The notes below the pieces were generated by a model. The model did not search any database. It had not been told where the DNA came from and saw nothing but the letters and a program-made list of their open reading frames with translations. Shown here piece after piece: positions 32,101 through 39,175 of a stretch of DNA of 39,175 bases. Position numbers and translations under genes: made by a program. Numbering within the stretch: position 1 is the stretch's first letter; each line of letters starts with the position of its first letter. Source of the stretch: Gonapodya sp. JEL0774. Lineage: Eukaryota. The stretch is from the NCBI GenBank assembly GCA_027604505.1, contig JADIIX010000042.1, forward strand, positions 124,001 to 163,175, given 5' to 3'.

Positions 32101-34454
32101 TATCTTGTGTAACTCGTCCGAATACTGCTTGTTTGAAGAATCCTAGGTGAAATGAGAGTCAGTGGCCGGTCTCACGCTTGCCCATGTGTGGTAGTGTATT
32201 CACGTCGTCGGTCTTCCCAGCACTTCTAATGGTTGCTTCAAAAACAGCCACGTCCACCAACATCATCCACAACCACTGATTGTCTCCCTCCACCGAGTTT
32301 TCAATCTTTTGAGCCAACCTCCTGGCAATCCATATGCAGGTATGGAGCGGTTTGATGCCTGAAATAGCCCTCACGACGTCTATACACCGAGACCGGGAAC
32401 TAACCGCAAGTTGACGGGCTTCAATAGTGGTGGGAGCGTCGATATCGATGTAGTGAGCTACAACACCAGTTGGTGGCGACTCTGATCGATGATCCAAAAA
32501 GCAGATGCGAGAAGCGACGTTCTCCAAAAGCGATGATAAGCAAGATGCAACTTCCAATGTCTACAGAAATCTGCATCAAGGATGTTTCCTAGTAACATCG
32601 TGGTTTCTCACAAAATTCACCTGGCAGGTCGTTTCGTGTTTTAGAATAGAGCTCCACAATGTCAGAGCCGTCATCGCAACATTGAGAGAAGGGTGTTCCG
32701 CTATCACCGCCGCGAACTTGACGAATCTTTGATGACATCAATGTCGATTAATGTTTTAAGATCAACCAACTCAGATGGTTCGCTCACTTATCAAAGTTGG
32801 CCGGTAACGAAGTTGCCTTTTTGAAGCAAACCTGTTCGTCACCTAATACCAAAAGGGCCTGCACGACTCCCTTAAGCGCAGAGTACGAGTCCTCGGGCAA
32901 TCTAGAACCAGCCTGCGCGCTACGAATTTCTTCTAAGTTACCTGAAAAGCACCCGTGTGTCCTCCCGTATGAGTGGATCAGTAGGTCGAGACCTCCTTCT
33001 GAGAAAATCGGGACAAGGATGAGGAGACGGAGGGGATCTTCGGGTGTTGCTCCCGCTCCCCGAGAAAAGATGGGAAGAAGCGTGTCGGATGCCGCCTGTG
33101 CTCAAAAGGAAAACGGGCAAAATGACACGAGGAAGACACGTGCCCGAGTTGCTGTTCCATCCACTTACCAGTCTAATCCTTGCAGACGTACTAGCCAGAA
33201 GTTCCAGCAAACGGTAAACCACCTTTGTTTCGGCTATTCCCTTCACAAGGGCCCACTCCACCATAGTTGCAAGTGTTCGAAGATGTGCTTCGGCAATTCT
33301 TTCACATTCTTGCGGAGGTAAGACCTCGGTTCTCTGTGTAGCTCCAAAGGGGAGTGTTCCACCTGACTGAGCCGCAGCCTCGTACCTCTGCGCCCAAAGG
33401 ACTGCATTGTTTCCAATACGCCCAATCCAACTGGAGAACTCAGTTCCAGCTCCCATGCCCATGAGCTTCGCCGCCTCTGCTATATCAGAATCCGGGAGCT
33501 CTTGAACGACAGAGCCAGGGAGGACGATGGCTTGCATCGGTGGGATCAAGAACTTCTTTCTTCTTGCTGCAGCGGAATCGTCGAAAAGAAACACGTCTTC
33601 ACATAGGATTCTCAGCACAGAAAGTGTCAGGTCTTGCGAAATAGGCGTCTGAAAGTACGAACTTCTAAAAGCAGTCAATCGGTTTCGATACGTCCGGATT
33701 GACTTACATTTTGCTCGTAATAACCCAAGAGCTTCCCGTTTAATCCGGGCCAGGAATCCGGCCAGGAAGCCTTTGCAACTTCCACGATCACTTTGGCCAC
33801 CTTTTCTCTCAAAAAAGCTGGCAAAGAGTTAACTGCATCCCCATTCGCAGCAATCGCCAAGATTTCTTCAGCAAAGGTTTGGATGGAAGCTTTTCCTTCC
33901 GCACTGAATTTTTCCCCATCCCATTTGGTCCTGATAGACTCCTCTATAACCGATAGAGCAAAATGTCGAGTCTCTGGGGGTGTGATTGGGGAGCTCAAAG
34001 GGTGTGCGAGGTACAAAGCGATAGGTAAAGAGTTCGGAGCGATCTTGAACGAGTCAAGAAACTGCACCAGAAATCAGGATGCATCATAGAGTATCAAGAT
34101 GTTTGAGCGACAAAAAAATGTTCGGAAGAGTGAGGTGATGGGAATGCAATGAGAGTGTATGTACTTCGAGTTCTCTAGTTCACATGAGAATGTAAAGGAT
34201 GAAGCTCTCACTTGTTGGGCCACTTTTCTGTCTTCATTCGACACTCCTGGACTGTAGACAGCCGATAATGCTTCTTGGACGCGGGCTTCAGAAACATTGT
34301 AACATAAAGAGGAATGGAGCATTCGATCACCAACGAACGGGGCATGCTACACGATGCACCTCGAAGCTGAACTTTATCAGGGATTCTCACCAGCAGTCAT
34401 CGGGTCCTGTTCATGGGATTGTGGATCGGTATTTCTAATCATGCGCTTGGTCAT
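29124..34454 (-). CDS. MSN5: Exportin-5 / Msn5 karyopherin, multi-exon
   Basis: N-terminal importin-beta/Xpo1-type segments: VQEALSAVYSP...RKVAQQ, RHFALSVIEESIRTKW, LREKVAKVIVEVAKASWPDSWP, LRILCEDVFLFDD. Later segments include RHWRILINNVLRPLILLCPP and EIVHETLLRMLTRSF. Ends ...NFGLENLFE*. The start is either 34454 or 34400. Confidence 0.82.
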
Positions 34455-34749
34455 GGACGAGGGCCACGGCAGGCCACTATTTCTGCAAATAAATTGCGAA
34501 CACATTTCGGCAGGAAGCACCGATATACTCTATCACTGAAAAGAGAACTAAAATTTTGGACGTCATACTGATTTCGGACTTCGGTTGTGCGTCCTTGAGA
34601 TATGTGTGCTAGGCGTGGTTCTGAGTCAGTAGAGTGAGAAATATCACTCTTTTCCCTGCGAATCCTGGACATAAAGGAACTCACAGTTTCTGTTGGCACG
34701 TGCACAAATGGGGAAACGGCGGCCGCAGCCGGTCTTCGCGAATAACAGA

Positions 34750-36495
34750 ATGACCGATTGCCCCATATGTCAGCTTTCTTTTGTGGATCCCGAAGATGTT
34801 TCTAGTGTGCAAAGAGCGATCGCGTGCTCCAGTGGTTGTGGACACGTTTTTCATGAGGTAAATGATGATGTGGGCCTGGCGGCAGCAACAGCACAGGATT
34901 GTGGCATTAGGGGACATCGCGATTGGAGAAGGTCAAAAGGGAGAATGCATAGAATTTGAGCTGCTACCGAACCTCCCGCGGAACGGCTTTGTCGCTCTTC
35001 TTCTGTGATGTCGCCACATGTTTTTCACTCACCTATATGCACTCGTGGATGACAACCATGATATCCAGGAATGTCTCAGCTCGTGGTGTAGAGCGCAAAG
35101 AAAAGTGACTGCACCATGCCCGATGTGTCGAAAGAAAGGAGAATGCCGGAGAATCTTCTTGGACTTACGGACAATTCTGCTAAACTGCCTTGACGCAGAC
35201 GGAGAAGGGGAGAGCGAGGACATCGCGACGGACTCTTTAGGCGCAACTCACTCGGAGAATTGTAGCGAGCTTGGAACCACTGGCACCTCATCCAGTCTCG
35301 AAGAGACGCAGCCAAACGACCTCCTCGCCGGACCTCGAGCACGGTCGTCCCACCATCCCTCCCGACGCTCCGGCCTTCGACGCCTTCTTTCATCTCTCCC
35401 TGTCACATCTGCTCCTACGGGCGCTGCCGCTGATGAAGACGAAGGCCACCATCAAGAGCATGACGCAGTTGGCAACTGCCTTGTTTGTCCAACTCTCACA
35501 GCTGACGTCAACGAGCTACGGTCGCACACATCTTCCCTCGAACTCCGTCTCATGGTGCTTCAAACCTCCTTTGACTCCCGTCTGGACGAGGCTCGAGCTG
35601 TCTGGAACACTGAACGAGAAACCGAACGGCGAGTTTGGGGAGAAAAGTTTAAAGCGCTGGAGGCTAAGGCCCACGCGGCCGAGGAGAGAGCCACACTTGA
35701 GGCAGAACGCTTGCGGAAGGAGAGAAAACTGTTGCAGGATGAGAGGAGAACTTGGGATGAGGAAGGCAAAAAGTTGAGAGATGAAGCTGAGATGAGAAAG
35801 CGTAAAGTGGCAAAAATGGAATTTGAGGTGCGTCTGTGATACATAAATGCTAGCGAGAGAAACTAACCTGCAAAACAATTCAGCTCCGGCGCCTCACTAC
35901 CGGTCTGCGTGAACCCCGGGCTCTACATAGCCCACCCCCTCACGAGGAATCAAAGCATCTGCGTATGCCTGTAGACCTTCTAAACTTTGAAGATTTACGG
36001 TCGAACCAGCAGGAAGATCTGCGTGCCTGGAAGAGAACGAAAGAGAACCCCTTTGAGAGTGTCGCCAAGCGTTCTTCGGAAGAGATGGTCGTTTATTTGG
36101 ACAACGATGTCGAGGAAAATAATGGTGACGACAGTGTGCCTTGTACTTGACAAATTATTCATATCTGAGATTGTTGTCCCTGCCCTCCAAAAGGAATCAA
36201 CCTTACAACCTGCATAGCAACAAATGAGAACCGTCGACCTCATCCTGGTGCTCTGGATGCACCCCTTCCTCGTCCAGGTGCCAACCTCACCAAGAAGCGA
36301 CCAACGCCGTACCCTCCCCACGCGCCAACTCCTGGAAGTTCGGCTACACGAGTTCTCCCTAGCTCTTCCCGAGTTGTTAATCATAACTCCGCGCTACACA
36401 ACTACCCGGCAACTGGTCCTCAGATTACTTTGAAATCACGGCAATCAAAGTTGACATATTTTGGTATTCGAGTGGAGAGTGTGGGCAACATTTAG
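34750..36495 (+). CDS. RING-H2 E3 ubiquitin ligase with coiled coil and C-terminal PIP-box-like motif (TRAIP-like architecture)
   Basis: Exons 34750-34857, 35069-35827, 35884 to about 36133, and 36194-36495. They give MTDCPIC...CGHVFHE|ECLSSW...CPMC...RRIFLDL, a long E/R/K coiled coil, a P-rich disordered region, and ...KSRQSKLTYFGIRVESVGNI*. Confidence 0.75.
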
Positions 36496-37342
36496 CAACT
36501 TTGTTTTTTTATACAGTACTGATTGATTGTGAAATTAGGGACTTCTGAGCAAGTTCTATGTAAATATTCTCTAGGAATCACCAAGCATGTACACGGACTG
36601 AATTCTTAGCGAGTGTGAAATGCTCCCTGTCGTGCAGACCTTTCTCTACAAGCTATGTTTGCCTTCATTCTAGTTTGCCTGTATTCTGCATCATTCCTCG
36701 ATATATTGCGATGCAAATTCCGGGCACGACATTGGAACCGAGTCTAACAGTGTGCCGTGGTGCTCACAGCAGCTCCAAAATCACCTATCTGCATTCCGAA
36801 TCCGAAACTTCAAAGTTGTTAGTATACATAATTATTCGGCAATGCAGGGGTTCTTTCACGCAATCATAACAAAAGTTCGAAGGAATTTCAAAATGGGCGA
36901 CTGGATGCCCTGTAATGACAACAAAAATTACGTTGACTAAAACAGTATATAAAGCAGCTGTTGTCTTGGCGTACATGGACATGTATGTATGTAATAGAAC
37001 GCCACCCAAATCAACAGGGGTCATGAAAAATCTCTCCAGAGACCAGAAATCTACTGACGGCTTTCTTTGGAAGCAAGTACTCGGACTGCAATCTCAGCGT
37101 GTGCAAAATGCTCCTTGTAGTAAGCCTATCTGCACATAATATGTCCAGGAGTCATGTGTACACGATTCCTCGATGCTTACCATGAGTGACGGCGGCGGAC
37201 AAAGAAGGCTGAACCAACTGCCCAAAACCTAACAACGCGCCAATAGTGTCCACTCAATGATGGATTGATGCACTCCGCCATAGATAGAGATATCATTCCT
37301 GTTCCCAGATGGGAAAGGGAGTACGGAGAGGAGACAAAAGTT

Positions 37343-37414
37343 TTCCCCGACCGGGAATTGAACCCGGGCCTCATCGGTGAGAGCGATGAATCCTAGCCAC
37401 TAGACCATCGAGGA
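37343..37414 (-). tRNA. tRNA-Glu (anticodon CTC)
   Basis: TCCTCGATGGTCTAGTGGCTAGGATTCATCGCTCTCACCGATGAGGCCCGGGTTCAATTCCCGGTCGGGGAA folds with acceptor stem TCCTCGA/TCGGGGA, anticodon stem CATCG/CGATG around CT-CTC-AC, and T-loop GGTTCAATTCC. A TTTT Pol III terminator-like tract follows at 37339-37336. Confidence 0.96.
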
Positions 37415-37439
37415 CCGAGTAGATGCCTTCGAGTCGTAA

Positions 37440-38030
37440 TGTAAAAATATATTCAAAATTTACCAAATTTGCTCTACCCCTAAGGGGATCACAAGCTCCA
37501 TTTCAGAGCTGATAAACACTGGCACAGGTACAGTCGTTGTTGACATCAAAGATGTCTTGGAACAATACCTGGCAAAAGTTTTCGATCTGGCAATGTCATG
37601 TATGCCCATGTCAGACCAGCAGGCTGCTGTTATTTGCCAGATTTTTTGAAGGGATATCAACATGTCATGGCAATTTCTGAAAGCTCAGCCATTATCAGCT
37701 CTGAAATGGAGCATCCTTGTGGCCCCACTGCTTGGTGGATGGATGGATCTCCAAGAATACCATTTTTTCATGGTCAATGAGGACCACTTCCACTGGCATG
37801 TTCTTGTGATGGACAAGGATGGACATGCACTGGATAGGAGTGATGATCCTCACCATTATGATGTGAACTTGGAGGCATGTCACAATGCTTTGAACCAAAT
37901 TCTCATGCTGGCAATAGCACCATCACCAAGAAATTGGGTTTTGGACTCTGTTTTGGAACCAGGGAGATGGACATAGCTGTGATGTATCCCCACAATTTTT
38001 GGATGAAGTGGCCAGAGGATATGTATGTAT
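37440..38030 (+). pseudogene. Decayed ORF of unknown family in a CpG-depleted block
   Basis: One frame reads SSISELINTGTGTVVVDIKDVLEQYLAKVFDLAM...QIF*RDINMSWQFLK...WVLDSVLEPGRWT*L*. It is interrupted by TGA/TAG codons that are compatible with C->T decay. Confidence 0.4.
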
Positions 38031-38222
38031 TCCTTAGAACTGTCTATCCCCAATGTGTTGAATGTGACTCATGTGGAAACCCTAGACTAGATTTGATAAC
38101 ATTCTTCATACACATTTCTCCCAATTGTTCAAGAGATTATGGTAATCCTACATCATTTCACAGGTCCATCTTGCATTGATTTTATGGGTGGGTGAAGTAA
38201 ATTACATTGTGGGGGCACTCTC

Positions 38223-38545
38223 CAGGGTGGGGGGTGTAAAAAATGCGACACTGATTTCCCACTCAAACCGATGGGCCATCACCACTCACCCAACTCACTA
38301 TTCGCATTCCTGCAGGACACAGCTCCGATTTAAAGTCATCTCAATGTATTTGCGGTGAAAAAACGGGGTTTTTGTGCTGGGATGGGTCAATTCCAGAATC
38401 GAAATCAGCCCCACTCAGTCAATTCCCCAATCCCAATCGCAACAAATCGGTCAATTCCCAGTGGATTTTTGATTGTCAAAATTTGCCACAATCGATTAAA
38501 ATTGAATTGAAATCGAGGTGAATCGCCAATTGGTGAATCGAATCG
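38223..38545. mobile_element. Putative DNA-transposon end with subterminal repeats
   Basis: A CAGGGTGG start, GTCAATTCC three times at 32-bp spacing (38386, 38418, 38450), and eight AATCG motifs between 38397 and 38545. No transposase or partner TIR is visible in the window. Confidence 0.35.
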
Positions 38546-39084
38546 TTGATGCTGTTCACTCAGTAAAAATCAAACTTACTCCCAAGCCTCTCACAATACC
38601 TCTCCTCAGTCTTATGCTGTCCCTCCATCTTCACAGTCCTCTCTTCCACCTGAATCACAATCCATCTCCCACAAGGAGACACAGAAGGCACCTTCAATCA
38701 TCAAATCAAACTCTAAATTGATGTCTTCAGCCAGCAAGTCTGCAATGTCATTTCTGCATCAAGTTTCTGTCTTTCCAGATAAGAGCTTACCAGGAGTTCC
38801 TATGGAAATAGATTCTGGCAAGTCATGCTGTTTTTTTTGCTTGATCCAGCACTCTGAGCCTTGTCTCTTATGGTGCTTAACCCCATTACACCCACAGAAC
38901 TGCCCAAATTGTTTGAGGGCCCCATGCCTACTTCAAGTGCCCTACCCCAGGGTGCAACTCTGTCAAAATTTGTCGCCATTACTTTGACTTTTCTCATAGA
39001 ACATGTTGTGGCACTCAAAACAACTTGCCAGATTGCGAAGCAGAGGCCAAGGCATTGGTTGTGTGACCTGCCTGGAGTCACCTT

Positions 39085-39175
39085 TAAAGCTGTGAGCAAG
39101 CGAGTAACTCGCTCATTTTAGCGCTACTCGTAACTCGCTCGCTCAGTTGTAGAAATAGTCAACTCGTAACTCGCT
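39085..39175. repeat. Repeated GTAACTCGCT motif, possible transposon or MITE terminus truncated by the window end
   Basis: GTAACTCGCT at 39104, 39130 and 39166, plus the inverted repeat AGCGAGT-A-ACTCGCT at 39099-39113. Confidence 0.5.

Noticed and set aside
18149..34454. Functional ribosome-biogenesis gene cluster (RLP24, GRC3, MSN5)
   Set aside because: The genes are interspersed with unrelated SPT7 and CAP2, which is compatible with ordinary dense packing of housekeeping genes.

Overview
Eukaryotic, intron-dense genomic window, most likely from an early-diverging (zoosporic/chytrid-like) fungus. This is inferred from the fungal-type Spt7, Msn5 and ACS-family MFS genes, a TKL kinase, and short GT-AG introns mostly of about 70-90 bp. 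Manual splicing gives, left to right: the 3' part of an FkbM-family methyltransferase; a 7-exon TKL kinase gene fused in frame to a Rho-like GTPase domain with a P-loop K->L change and no CAAX; a 10-N scaffold gap; a GC-rich low-complexity domain containing an apparently intronless mitochondrial uS2 gene; two tandem ACS-family MFS transporter paralogues that share 6-nt and 12-nt microexons but differ by three introns; a small orphan gene head-to-head with RLP24; SPT7; GRC3/NOL9; capping protein beta; exportin-5/MSN5; a TRAIP-like RING-H2/coiled-coil/PIP-box gene; tRNA-Glu(CTC); and a CpG-depleted, repeat-like tail. The best candidates for novelty are the kinase-Rho fusion, the TRAIP-like gene, and the intron differences between the MFS paralogues. 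All gene models were spliced by eye, with no database search or RNA-seq support.
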